Assembly (NCBI GenBank): GCA_963727445.1
Contig: CAVSGI010000006.1
Coordinates: 320,001 to 384,000, forward strand
Direction of reading: 5' to 3'
From: an uncultured delta proteobacterium
GTDB taxonomy: Bacteria; Myxococcota_A; Polyangia; Polyangiales; B10-G4
Length of the DNA stretch: 64,000 nucleotides
Shown: one piece after another, positions 39,566 through 51,400 of the stretch
Layout: every line of letters begins with the position of its first letter
Numbering within the stretch: the first letter of the stretch is position 1
Position numbers and translations under genes: made by a program
Notes under the pieces: generated by a model
The model's input: only the letters and a program-made list of their open reading frames with translations
What the model was told of the DNA's origin: nothing
The model's database searches: none

Positions 39566-41220
39566 GCCACCTTCTCGAGCGCCCCCGCCGGGCGCTGCTG
39601 CTTGTTGCCGACCGCCGTGCCCAGGGGCAGGACCGGGATGCCGAGGCGTCCGAACTCCGCCCGCGCTTCGCGCATCCGGCGCTTCTCGCCGCGTCCGTAG
39701 ACGAGGGAGAGATCCTGCTCGAGGCCGTCCTTGGGAGCCGGGGAGAGGGCTGGCGCATCCGGCACCACGAAAGTGATCGCGTGGCCGTGAGTCCGCGCCA
39801 GGCGGGCAGCGGCGACCAGCGGGCCGAGCTCGCCGGCTCCGTCGAAGTCGGTGAGCACGATGATGGAAGAGGGCTCTCGCTTCGTCCCGCCTGCCAGCCG
39901 GAGCGCGTCGGCGAGGCCCGGGGCTTTGTGGCCGTCGCGCGGGTCCGGGCGGTAGGGCAGGGGGATACCGCGGACCTGACAGAAGCTGCGCATCACCGCG
40001 CCAGTGGGGGACTCCGCCACGACGTTCTGCCCGATCTGAGAGAGGCGCGCCGTCTCCTCGTCTCCTGCCCCGCCCGTGGGGACTTCCAGCAGACTCCGAC
40101 GCACGTGTCGCAACAGGCCCGCGACGTCCCAACCTTCGTCGGTGCCGGGGCGCTTCGAGAAGTCGACCCCATCCTGATTGCGCACGTAGCGCCCGACGAT
40201 GCGTACCACCTCGTCGTCGCTCACGTCGGTCAGGTCCTGGTCGACCACCTCGGTGGCGGCGAGGAGCGCGTCGTATAGGTGGATCATGTGCGTCGCTCGC
40301 TCGCGCGGCGGCACGAAGGAAAGGACGCGCCCGTCGACGGTGATCAGCCCGAATCGGTCGCCTTCGTCCAGCGCCTTTCGCGCTTCCGCAGCGGCCGCCT
40401 CGATGGCGTAGTCGAGCTTGCGCTGGCCGGGCGCGCCGCCGCGCATCGTGCCGCTCACGTCGAGCACGACCAGACGCGTCTCCTGCACCTCCTGCTCGAC
40501 CTCGCGCACCATCAGCTTGCCGGCGCGCGCGCTCGCCTTCCACGCGATGCTCTTGAAGGGATCGCCAGGGTAGAGCTCGCGCAGCTCGTGCAGCTCGGTG
40601 CCGCCGCCGCGCCGCCGGAGCGCGTTGCGTCCCCCGCGATCGACGCCGAGACCCGAGCGCAGCCTCGCCGGCGTACGCACGCGCGCCGCCCGCGGCAGCA
40701 CCTTGATGGCCAGCGGGTTCGGGAAGTAGAGGGGAACCTCGAAGAGGCCCAGCGGGCCGCGCAGCTTCACGGCGAGGCCGTGCAGGACCACCCGCCCGGC
40801 CGCGGGAGCGACCAGGGTGAACGAGAACTCGGTGCGTGAGCGCGCGCCGAGCACCAACAGGTCCGGGTCGTCCTTCTTCACCGTCGCGCCTCCGGGCACG
40901 ATGGGCTCGAGGCCCGCGAGCAGGAGGCCCATCGGGCCGCGGTGCCGGATGTAGCACCGCACTTCGAAGGGCACGTTGGGGACCACGGCGCCGCCTCCAC
41001 CCGAGGGATCGCCGTGACCGAGCCACCAGGCGAACTCGAGTCGCTGTCGCCGAACGCGCCGGCCCAGCGGCATGGTGATGGCGAGGGCGCTCGCGAGGGC
41101 GACGAAGCCCGCGCTGGAGAGGGTCACGGCGGCGGGCGAGCGCGTTCCGAGCCCGACGATCAGCATCCCCGCAGCGCCGACGAAGGCGGCCAGCGACACC
41201 CGGGTGGGGATGGGAAGCAC
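39562..41220 (-). CDS. DUF58 domain protein
   Basis: ELHELRELYPGDPFKSIAWKASAR, VVLDVSGTM; adjacent to MoxR. Confidence 0.9.
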   Translation of the reverse strand: MLPIPTRVSLAAFVGAAGMLIVGLGTRSPAAVTLSSAGFVALASALAITMPLGRRVRRQRLEFAWWLGHGDPSGGGGAVVPNVPFEVRCYIRHRGPMGLLLAGLEPIVPGGATVKKDDPDLLVLGARSRTEFSFTLVAPAAGRVVLHGLAVKLRGPLGLFEVPLYFPNPLAIKVLPRAARVRTPARLRSGLGVDRGGRNALRRRGGGTELHELRELYPGDPFKSIAWKASARAGKLMVREVEQEVQETRLVVLDVSGTMRGGAPGQRKLDYAIEAAAAEARKALDEGDRFGLITVDGRVLSFVPPRERATHMIHLYDALLAATEVVDQDLTDVSDDEVVRIVGRYVRNQDGVDFSKRPGTDEGWDVAGLLRHVRRSLLEVPTGGAGDEETARLSQIGQNVVAESPTGAVMRSFCQVRGIPLPYRPDPRDGHKAPGLADALRLAGGTKREPSSIIVLTDFDGAGELGPLVAAARLARTHGHAITFVVPDAPALSPAPKDGLEQDLSLVYGRGEKRRMREARAEFGRLGIPVLPLGTAVGNKQQRPAGALEKVA

Positions 41221-41228
41221 CTGGTGCC

Positions 41229-42197
<969 letters not shown>

Positions 42198-42208
42198 GCT
42201 CCGGCTCT

Positions 42209-43447
42209 CTATACCTCGGGATGGCCCCCTGATTCGAGTCGCCGAAGGAGCTTCTCCCCCCGGGCCACCATGCGCCGGAAGTCGGCGGAGCTCACCCGGG
42301 GCGGCCGGGGCGGGCTGTCCTGGCGTGCTCTGAGGGCGTCCAGGGCGAGCAGAAGGCTCCGAGCGTCGGCAATCTCCTCTGCCCCGAGGCCGCGCGATCG
42401 CAGCGCCTCCACCACGTCCCTGAGGAGCGTCTTGCCCTGAAGGCCGAGGAGTCGAACGATCTCCCCTTCGAGCTCGAACTTGTAGACCAGGGTCGGCGAG
42501 TAGAGATCCTCGCGATGGCGGCTGAAGTAGCCGACGCGCCCGATGAAGCCGCCCCAGGCGGGAGGCCGCGCGAACATCTGGGAGCCGTCGTAGGGCGAGC
42601 GGCGCGGCAGGGAGGTCGCCGCCACCACCAGCAGGATGGCCGCGAGGGCGATGGCGCCGATCAGCACGGCCAGGGGCGGCGCTTCGGCGTGGGCGATCCG
42701 CGTGAGCCATTGAGACAGATCGTGAAAGGGACGGTCGGCGCCCGGCTCTCCGTAACGGCCGACGATGGTGGCGTCCCCCGCGACCAGGTACACGGTCCCG
42801 CCACTGCCGGCCTCCAGGTAGTCGAGGAGGTTCTGCGCGAAGCGCCGGTTGTCCCGGAACTCGAGCATGTTGTTGATGACGATGCTGGGGTCTCCGATCG
42901 CGACGAGTCGACCGTCCCCGACGGCACCGGCGAGGACCAGGGCGTGCCCCTGATCGTCGAATGCGAAGAGCGCGTCGAGGTCCGGGTGGCGCAGGGTCGT
43001 CGGGTGATTGGCGATCAGCGCGGCGACGCCCTCGGTGAGCGAGTGACGGCTGGTGGCCTGGGCGACCGGGAGGTTCTCGTTGCCGCGGACGTGAGGGGCG
43101 TCGTCGAGGCGCGCCACGCTGCGGCCGATCTGGTAGACGCCCAGCAGCTCGTCGCCCCGACCGAAGTCGTCGAGGAGCGCCACGCGGCCTCCGTCGCGCA
43201 GGAAGGCTGCGATGCCCGAGAGCGGCAGATCGTGCTCGGGATAGACGATGACGATCGCGTCGGTGGGTGAGAGCTCTCCCACGTCCAGGTGATCGGTGAC
43301 GACCAGATTCAGCGGCATGGCCTCGCCGATCGCGACGAATTCACTCAGTCCGTTCCACTCGGTGCTCTCGGGATCGTAGTCGTCCGCGGCGAAGGCATGA
43401 CCCGGGATCGCGAGGGCGAAGAGGGATATGAGGACGAGACGCACCAT
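42209..43447 (-). CDS. DUF4350-like secreted/membrane protein of the MoxR operon
   Basis: Signal AFA; YDPESTEWNGLS, GRLVAIGDPSIVINNML; TM segment; context next to MoxR and DUF58. Confidence 0.7.
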   Translation of the reverse strand: MVRLVLISLFALAIPGHAFAADDYDPESTEWNGLSEFVAIGEAMPLNLVVTDHLDVGELSPTDAIVIVYPEHDLPLSGIAAFLRDGGRVALLDDFGRGDELLGVYQIGRSVARLDDAPHVRGNENLPVAQATSRHSLTEGVAALIANHPTTLRHPDLDALFAFDDQGHALVLAGAVGDGRLVAIGDPSIVINNMLEFRDNRRFAQNLLDYLEAGSGGTVYLVAGDATIVGRYGEPGADRPFHDLSQWLTRIAHAEAPPLAVLIGAIALAAILLVVAATSLPRRSPYDGSQMFARPPAWGGFIGRVGYFSRHREDLYSPTLVYKFELEGEIVRLLGLQGKTLLRDVVEALRSRGLGAEEIADARSLLLALDALRARQDSPPRPPRVSSADFRRMVARGEKLLRRLESGGHPEV

Positions 43448-43536
43448 TTCGCGGAGGCCGGGATCATAACGCACTGCGTCTCTCCAAAGCGTCGGCGGAT
43501 TGTCGTGTCAATTCGGAGAGGTGCTTTGCTGAACTC

Positions 43537-43564
43537 TTGTCACCCACGGCACTGTTGCTATATT
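43537..43564 (+). promoter_or_regulatory. Sigma70-type promoter with extended -10
   Basis: TTGTCA (43537-43542), 16-nt spacer, TGc-TATATT (43556-43564). Confidence 0.5.
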
Positions 43565-43593
43565 CCGCACATCCCCTCGCTCCGGAGCAAATC

Positions 43594-43779
43594 ATGCTTC
43601 CCCCCTTCATCATCGAGCAGATCCGCAAGCGCGAAGAGGAAGAGCGTCGCGACAAGAAGGGCGAGCTTCCCCGGCTGGAGCTGCCACTTCCGATGCCCGG
43701 CGACTACGCGCCACCCCCCGGTGAGGCCGAAGAAGACGCCGAGCGCGGCGTCGTGATCATCGACCTCCGAGGCGAGTAG
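43594..43779 (+). CDS. Small charged hypothetical protein (61 aa)
   Basis: GGAG RBS; MLPPFIIEQIRKREEE...ERGVVIIDLRGE; own promoter upstream. Confidence 0.7.
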   Translation: MLPPFIIEQIRKREEEERRDKKGELPRLELPLPMPGDYAPPPGEAEEDAERGVVIIDLRGE

Positions 43780-44163
43780 CCCCCGAGGAAAAGGCTCGGA
43801 GTCGCGGAGCGGAGGTCTCGCAGAGAGCCCGCGAGGGCTCGGCGCGAGAGCGGAGCGCAGCGGGTCCGAGCCGGGAGTGCGTGCCCCCCGAGGAAAAGGT
43901 TCGGAGTCGCGGAGCGGAGGCCTCGCAGAGAGCCCGCAGGGCTCGGCGCGAGACCGGAGCGCAGCGCCTCCGAGCCGGCATTGCGTCCCCCCCGAGGAAA
44001 AGGCTCGGAGTCGCGGAGCGGAGGTCTCGCAAAGAGCCCGCGAGGGCTCGGCGCGAGACAGGAGCGCAGCGGGTCCGAGCCGGCATTGCGTCCCCCCCGA
44101 GGAAAAGGCTCGGAGTCGCGGAGCGGAGGCCTCGCAGAGAGCCCGCAGGGCTCGGCGCGACTC
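43780..44163. repeat. Tandem array of ~105-bp palindromic (REP/BIME-like) units, ~3.6 copies
   Basis: GAGGAAAAGG recurs at 43785, 43890, 43994 and 44099; nested inverted repeats GCTCGGA/TCCGAGC, CTCGC/GCGAG, GAGCCC-GCGA-GGGCTC. Confidence 0.93.
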
Positions 44164-44164
44164 T

Positions 44165-45025
44165 TCAATCCCGTCCCGGTCCTCTCATCGCCTCCGCAAA
44201 CCCGGCGGCGATCTCGGATTCCGTGAAGGGACGTCCCTCCGAAAAGATGCCCGTCGTCTCTCGCGCGCGCAGGCCGTAGAGGCGGCCCCCGGCGATGCCC
44301 ACGACCTCGCCGAAGACGTCCGCCGCATCGTCGCTCAGAAGATAAGCCACCACCGGGGCGACGTGCTCGGGGCTCATGGACCCTTCGCGCACGCCCTTGA
44401 ACATGGGCAGGTCCTCCGTGGCACGCGTCCGCGCCGTGGGGGCGACGGCGTTCACGCGGATGCCGTGCTTGCGCAGCTCCACTGCCACCGAGCGGGTGAG
44501 TCCCACGACCGCCGCCGACGAAGCGCTGCCGAGGCTCCGGCGTGCGCTACCGAAGAACGCGTCGGGCGAGGTCATGTGCACGATGGCGCCACCGCTCTTG
44601 GCGTCAATCATCGCCCCCGCCGCCGCTTGCGTCAGCGAGAAGGCGGCGAAGACCTGGTTGGTGAGATGGAACGACAGGTCTTCCTCGCTCAAGTGCATGA
44701 TGCCGCGCTCGCGCTTGAGCCCGTGCGCGGCGATCACGCCGTCGATGCGACCGAAGAGGTCGACCGTTCGTGACACCAGCTCGGCCGCGGCGCCCGGCAC
44801 GGCGACGTCCACGCTCGTGGCCACCGCCTCGCCGCCCCCGTCGACGATCGCCTTCGCCGCGAGCTCGGCGACCATCGGGTCGTGCCCCGTGCCGTCGAGC
44901 TCGGTGCCGCGATCGTCGATGAGCAGGCGTGCGCCTTCCGCAGCCAGATGGAGCGCCACGGCCCGGCCAATCCCCCGGCCGCCGCCCGTGACCAAGAAGG
45001 CGCGATCGGAAAAGGTGCCGGCCAT
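44165..45025 (-). CDS. SDR family oxidoreductase
   Basis: LVTGGGRGIG, FGRIDGVI, GIRVNAVAP, PEHVAPVVAYL; catalytic YxxxK not evident. Confidence 0.88.
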   Translation of the reverse strand: MAGTFSDRAFLVTGGGRGIGRAVALHLAAEGARLLIDDRGTELDGTGHDPMVAELAAKAIVDGGGEAVATSVDVAVPGAAAELVSRTVDLFGRIDGVIAAHGLKRERGIMHLSEEDLSFHLTNQVFAAFSLTQAAAGAMIDAKSGGAIVHMTSPDAFFGSARRSLGSASSAAVVGLTRSVAVELRKHGIRVNAVAPTARTRATEDLPMFKGVREGSMSPEHVAPVVAYLLSDDAADVFGEVVGIAGGRLYGLRARETTGIFSEGRPFTESEIAAGFAEAMRGPGRD

Positions 45026-47061
45026 CAATGCCTCACGAGCGCGTTGCGCAGGAGCACGAAGGATTGCCCCTCGCTCAGGGTGACGTTGAAGCGGCGGCCG
45101 GTGTCGCCGCCGATCGACCACCACATCAGGTTGTCACCGTCGCTTCGCGAGGTGTCGGCGATCACGTCCTCGCCGCCGAAGGGGGCGCAGGGATCGGCCA
45201 TTGTGGGTCCGGTTCCGGTGGGGCAGGGCGTGAGCCGCTCTCGGTTGTGGTAGAGGCCGAGGAAGTGGCTGGACTCGTGCGCCATGACCTGCCCGATGTT
45301 CCGCTCACCCCGACTTCCCGAGCCGATGACCGACGGGTCGTAGGTCACCACCACCCCGCTGTGCATGGAGCCGTAGAGCAGAGGCGGGCCCGGGATGCCT
45401 CCCGCGATGCCCAACGCGATCCCCCCATCCCGCTCGGCGTTGATGCTGCGCACCAGGAAGATGGGGAGCGCGCCAGGCGTCGCGTCGCTCGAGAGGCGGA
45501 AGAGCTCCGCGAGCTCGCTCGAGGGACCGTCGGTGGAATCGATGACCGACAGCCGCGACACGGTGCCGCCGGGGACGTCGCGGTAGGTGATGGTGCCGAC
45601 GCGGATGCCGGCCGGCGACCAGATGTCGCTGAGGATCGACAGGGCGTTCGACAGGCGCGCGACCGAGGGGGCCTCGGCGGCGGTGAAGCCCACGCCCACC
45701 GGATAGATGTCGAGGTCGATGGTGCCGGTGTTCACGAGCGCTGCGCGCGCAACGCGCACGACGCGCATCGCGAGCGCCACCTCCTCGGCGCGGGCGTCGC
45801 CGGGGCCGTCTCCGAGGAGCATCAGGCGCACCGAGTGCCGGCCGCCGACCATGCGCACCCGGTCGGGCGTCGACGAGGGCACGGAGATCGTCGCTGCCTC
45901 CTCGTTCGACACGGGGAGCCAGCGGACGGGCTGATCGATCCATGCACCGAGCGCCTCGAGGTCGAAGAGCAGGGTCTCGGTGGGCGACACCAGCGTGCGG
46001 TAGGCGATGGGAACCGCGTCGCCCGAAGCGTGCGATGCGACGAAGGTCACGCTCACGGCGTCGTTGGGCACGCCGACGTTGACGCGCCTGTCGAGCCCGA
46101 GGGCGGTGAGCGACAGCGTGCCGAGGGGTATGTTGGAGACGGCGTAGCCTCCGCCCCGAGCCTCGTAGCCGCAGCCGGCGAAGCTGCCTTCACGGACGCC
46201 GGCCAGGTTCAGCGTGGTGCAGACCTGACCCGGCAGACAATCGAGGGTGGGGTCTTCGCACGCCTCGACGCATTGCCGGTCGACACACGCGTGCGACTCG
46301 CAATCGTCGGGCCCGTTGCAGCGACCGGCGAGGAATCGGCCGGTGGGATTGGCCGTGGTGCATGCGCCGAGGACGAAGTCCATGGTGCCGTCGCCGTCCT
46401 CGTCGATCGCCGCCGGTGAGCAGGGCATGCCCACCCGGCAGTCACGACGGCTGCCGCAGAGGTCGGCGCAGACACCGCCCATCTCCGGTGGAAGGCAGAT
46501 CCGCGACGCGCACTCGCTCGAGAGCTCGCAGGGGGCGCCCGTCGGGAGGTCGGTCCCGCCGTCGGTGACGCCCCCGACGCATCGCCCGGCCGCGCAGATG
46601 CGCCCGCGCATGCAGTGGCGGTCCTCGGTGCACTCGACGCCGCTGCACGTGCCGTCGAGACAGGAAGCGCCGGCCATGCCGCATTCGTCGTCGTTGCGGC
46701 ACGAAGGCCGACACACGTCGCCGAAGCAATGGTAGCCAGGGCGACAGTCGCTGGACATCGTGCACGAAGCGAGGCAGAGGCCGTCGATGTAGCCGCTGTC
46801 GCAGCGAGTGCCATCGGGGCAGTCGGCGATGCCGCTGCATTCGCGGCTGCAGTAGCCGCCGGGGAAGAGATCGGAGATCACGCAGTCCAGGCCTCCCTCA
46901 CAAGGCAGACCGCGACCGCACGGCGCGCCTGGCACGGGCGGCTCGGGATCGGCCGGCAGATCGTGGCTCTCGAAGCAGGAACTCGCCCCGAGAATCACCA
47001 AAAGGCCGAGAGAGAGGCGGATTTGGGCGACAGCGCGCAAAGGGGTCGTAGTATACGCCAA
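45025..47061 (-). CDS. Cys-rich lipoprotein with C-terminal metzincin-type Zn protease domain
   Basis: ASSC lipobox-like; many C-x-x-x-x-D/E-C repeats; MAHESSHFLGLYH and downstream NLM Met-turn; start uncertain. Confidence 0.75.
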   Translation of the reverse strand: MAYTTTPLRAVAQIRLSLGLLVILGASSCFESHDLPADPEPPVPGAPCGRGLPCEGGLDCVISDLFPGGYCSRECSGIADCPDGTRCDSGYIDGLCLASCTMSSDCRPGYHCFGDVCRPSCRNDDECGMAGASCLDGTCSGVECTEDRHCMRGRICAAGRCVGGVTDGGTDLPTGAPCELSSECASRICLPPEMGGVCADLCGSRRDCRVGMPCSPAAIDEDGDGTMDFVLGACTTANPTGRFLAGRCNGPDDCESHACVDRQCVEACEDPTLDCLPGQVCTTLNLAGVREGSFAGCGYEARGGGYAVSNIPLGTLSLTALGLDRRVNVGVPNDAVSVTFVASHASGDAVPIAYRTLVSPTETLLFDLEALGAWIDQPVRWLPVSNEEAATISVPSSTPDRVRMVGGRHSVRLMLLGDGPGDARAEEVALAMRVVRVARAALVNTGTIDLDIYPVGVGFTAAEAPSVARLSNALSILSDIWSPAGIRVGTITYRDVPGGTVSRLSVIDSTDGPSSELAELFRLSSDATPGALPIFLVRSINAERDGGIALGIAGGIPGPPLLYGSMHSGVVVTYDPSVIGSGSRGERNIGQVMAHESSHFLGLYHNRERLTPCPTGTGPTMADPCAPFGGEDVIADTSRSDGDNLMWWSIGGDTGRRFNVTLSEGQSFVLLRNALVRH

Positions 47062-47063
47062 AC

Positions 47064-48399
47064 GTGCCTCCCACTCGCTACGGACGTTACGAGCTCTTGC
47101 GGAAGATCGCCGCCGGCGGAATGGCGGAGATCTATCTGGCGCGGCAATGGGGGGAGGGCGGCTTCTTTCGGGACGTGGTGATCAAGCGACTCTTCCGCCA
47201 CCTCGCCGAGCATCAGAAGGCGCTCTCGATGTTCCAATACGAAGCCCGCCTCCTCGCGGAGCTGAACCATCCGAACATCCCCCAGGTCTACGAGCTGGGA
47301 TACGAGGAGGGGACGTGGTTTCTGGCGATGGAGTTCGTGGACGGTGCCACCGTGGCGGACGTCTGGCGGGCAGGCGCCAAGCTCGGGCAGCGCATGCCTC
47401 TCGCCGGTCGCCGCCGGCGTCGTCCTGCAGGCGTGTGAGGCGCTTCACCACGCGCACGAGTGCGTCGACCGCGCGAACCGGCCGCTCCGGATCGTCCACC
47501 GCGACGTGACGCCTCACAACACGATGCTCACCCACGATGGAGTGGCGAAGGTGATGGACTTCGGCGTCGCGCAGACCGCGGCGCGCGCGGACACGGAGCA
47601 CGGCGCGGTGAAGGGGACGTTCTCGTACATGGCGCCCGAGCAGGTGCGGGCGCGGCCCCTCGACAAGCGCGCCGATGTCTTCGCCCTCGGCGTGATCCTC
47701 TACGAGCTCACGACCGGGACGCGGCTCTATCGCGGCAACGACGTCCAGGTCATGACCGCCATCGTCGAGCACGACGCGCCACCACCCTCCACCCGGGTCC
47801 AGGATTACCCCGCCGATCTGGAGGAGATCGTGATGGCAGCGCTCAGACGCGATCGCTCCCAGCGACTGCCGAGCGCGGCGCACATGGCGGCCGCTCTCGA
47901 GGATTTCGCCGTGCGCAACGCGGTGTCGATCGGGCCGCGCACCATCGCTCAGTACTGCCGCACGGTCTTCCCCTACGAACGCGAGCTCGAAGAAGAGCTC
48001 GCGCTGGTCCGCGAAGAGGAGCCGGTGGGCGAGGAGGAGTGGAACGCGAGCACCGACGACGAGTTCGGTGAGATCGACGAGTCGGGGATCATGCGCGACC
48101 TCGAGCTCCTGCATCCGGAGCCGGACACGACCCACATCGAGGCGATGGCGCACGACCGACCCACACCGGTGGCGCCGCCGCCGGCGGAGACCCTGCCGCC
48201 CGACGCCCTCGAGGAGCTGCTCTTCGACGACGTCACCCACGACAGCGACACCGACGAAGGGGACGATACTTCCCTGACCGGGTTGGACGACGACGACCGC
48301 CGCCCCGTGGTTCTGCTGGAGTCGCCGAAGTCCAAGCCCGAGCGCGACCGCGACTTCGTGGACGATCTGGCACGTCGTCTCGAGTCGGACGATGACTAG
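47064..48399 (+). CDS. Ser/Thr protein kinase with an apparent +1 frameshift near 47403
   Basis: GGMAEIY/VVIK/LAMEFVDG in one frame; HRDVTPHN, DFG, YMAPEQ in the next; removing one base restores MPLPVAAGVVLQ; acidic C-tail. Confidence 0.85.
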
Positions 48400-48458
48400 C
48401 CAGCCAAAACCGTAGCGCCCGGCACACTTGGGCACAGATCTGGTACTGTCCGTGTGCC

Positions 48459-51400
48459 ATGGTGCTCTCCCGCTATCAGATCCTGAAGCCGCTCGGACGT
48501 GGTGCTGCCGGTGGGGTGTTTCTGGCGCTGGACCGCCTCCGGCCCGGACGGCCACTCGCGCTCAAGCGCATTCACGCGCGGGCGGACGAGCTCTTGCGCG
48601 CGAGCTTCGAGCGCGAGTTCGCGGTGCTCTCCGCCATCTCGGCACCAGGGGTGGGACGGGTCTTCGACTTCGGTCTGGCCGAAGCCGAGGGCGACGACGA
48701 GGGAGGACCGTTCTTCACGCGCTCCTACGCCGAAGGCGAGCCCCTCGACGACGTGGCTCATGGGCTGTCGGAGAAGGAGCGACTCTCGCTCTTCGCTGCG
48801 CTCCTTCGGGTGATGGCGCCGGTGCATCGGATGGGGATCGCGCACGGAGACCTCAAGCCGAGCAACGTGATCGTGGACTCGGAGCGGAGGCCGCACGTCA
48901 TCGACTTCGGCCTGGCCGGATTGACCACCGACCAGGGCCGCGCGGCGGGAGCGGGCACACCGGCCTACATGGCGCCCGAGCTCTTCCGTGGCGAGCGACC
49001 CAGCGTCGCCTCCGACGTCTACGCCCTCGGCGCGACCTTGTGGTCGCTCTTCGCTGGTGGTCCGCCTTTCGCCGAGCGCGGTGAGCGCGGGCTCGCGGCG
49101 CGCCTCGAGGGTGAGCTCCCGCAGATCCCGAGCGACGCTTCCGAGCGCGCCCGTTCCGTCCTCGCGGTCGCTCAGAAGGCGCTCGCCGCCGACCCTCTCG
49201 AGCGCATCTCCACCACCGAAGAGATGCTGGCTGCCCTCGCGGAACACGTGCCCGAGAGCGATGGTCCGGGCGGCGCGTTCGTCGCCCCGCGGCCCCGGGG
49301 GCACGAAGGCGTGCTCGCGCAGCTCGACGCGCGCGTCACCGCCCGCACCGCTGGCAAAGCGGGCGATCAGAGCATGCTCCTCGTTCACGCGCCGCGCGGC
49401 GGGGGCAAGTCGACGCTCTTGCGCGAGCTCAAGTGGCGCATGCAGGTGCGGGGCCTCGAGGTGCTCGCCGTCGACGCGGGACACGGGCGTGCGCTCGAGC
49501 CGGTGCACGCGCTCCTGTCGCTGCTGAGCATGATCCTCGGTGACGAGGGAGACGCACCCTTGCCGACGACCGAAGCCGCGATCTGCGATGCGGTCGGCGA
49601 GGCGATCGGGCGGCTCGCGGCCCGCGGTCCCGCGGTGATCCTGGTGGACGACCTGGATCAGGGCGAATCGGTGCTCGGTCGCGCACTGCGGCTGGGCGTA
49701 CACGCCGAGGAAGCCTCGCGGGTTGCGTTGGTGGGGACGGCGACCGACCTGGAGGCGGTCGCGGTGCGCGACGCGGGCGCGCGCCATCTGGTGGAGGTTC
49801 CACCGCTCTCCGAAGAGGACACGACCGGTCTCTGCCGAACGGCGCTCGGGCCCGTCGACTCCTCGGTCACGAAGGCGATCTGGGAGCGGAGCGAGGGCGT
49901 GCCGGGGATCCTCGTCGACACCCTCTCGGAGCTCGCGAGTCGCACCGGCCTCAGCGCTGCAGACGTCGAGGCGCTCCCCGCGAGCCAAGCGGGCGAGGCC
50001 GCGGCGCGATCACGCGCGAGCGCCTGCACCGAGAGCGGTAGGCGCGTCCTGTCGCTCCTCGCCGCGACGCGCGTCGCGCTCGACGCCGCGACCATCGCTT
50101 CGGCGGCGCGGGTGAGTCCCGCCGACGTGGACGAGGTGGAGCGCGCCGGGTTGGTGGTGCGCGACGGCGACCGTTACGCGCTCTTCGACCACGCCTTGCG
50201 CTCGGTGCTCCTCGACGAGCTGACGGCGGAGGAGGTGCAGGAGCTGGCGTCGAAGACGGCGTCGGCGGCGGATGATCTGCCCCTCTTCGTTCGCGCGCAG
50301 CTCGCGGCGGTGGCCGGGGACGGGCCGACGCTCCGCGAGCTCGCGGAGCCCGCCGCGACCGAGCTCGCGACCGGCGGCGCGGCGATGGCGGCCCTGTCGC
50401 TTCTCGAAGAGGTCGAGGAGGAGCTCGAGGGCGAGGACCTGCGCCGCGTGAAGCTCACGCGCTCGGAGCTGGCGCACGCGCTCGGACGCTACCCGGACGC
50501 ATCCGCGACGGCGCGTGAAGTGCTGCGTGACCAGAAGGCCTCCGCGACCGAACGCGCTCGCGCGGGGATCGCCGCGGGGCGCGCGAGCATCTCGGCCGGA
50601 GAATTCGAGCGCGCCCTCGATACGCTGGGTCGCATTCCGGACGACGCGCCCGCAGAGCTCCGCGCGGCCGCACGCCGGGAAGCAGCCAAGGCGCACCTGC
50701 GCCTCGGCAACTACGACGAGGTGGTGCGGGTGGCGGACGAGGGGCTCTCGCTTTCGGGGCCCGAAGACCCGGTGCGCGTCGAGCTCCTGACGTCGGCCGG
50801 CATGGCTTCGAGCTATCGGGGCGACCGAGACGCCGCGCGCGCCCGCTACACCGAGGCGCTCTCTCTCGCGCGCGCCATCGGATCGACCCGCGACGAAGCG
50901 AACGTCATGACCTACATGGCGATCGACCGACACCGCTCCGGCGATCACCACGCGGCCAAGCAACTCTACGAAGAGAGCATGAAGATCGCCCGCGACCTGG
51001 GCGACATCGGCAGCATGGCGACCTTCGCGCTCAACCTCGGCGCGGTGAGCTACGATCTGGGCCTGCCGGGCAAGGCGGCCGAGAGCTACGAGTCCGCGGC
51101 ACGCCTCGCGCGGCGCGCGGGCAAGGCCTCGACCGAGGTCATGGCCCGGATCAATCTCGCCCAGCTCCATCTCTACCTCGGGCTCTACGAGCGGGCGCGC
51201 ACCGGGACCGACTCTGCGCTTCACGACGCCGAGGAGTCCGGGATGAAAGCCGCGGCGGCGAACGCGGTCGCGATCCTCGGCGACATTTCGGCGCGGACGG
51301 GCGACGTGGAGACGGCGCTGGTGCGCTACGACGACGCCATCGCCCGTTATCGAGGGCTCGGACATCGACGCGAGGTCGCCGAAGGGCTTCTGGACTCGGC

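Noticed and set aside
43780..44163. Possible CRISPR array
   Set aside because: Whole ~105-bp units repeat with no unique spacers, and there are no cas genes in the window
43704..44279. Repetitive ORFs over the tandem array
   Set aside because: Unit lengths of 104/105 bp shift the frame, there is no RBS, and they overlap neighbouring genes; the repeat is better explained as non-coding
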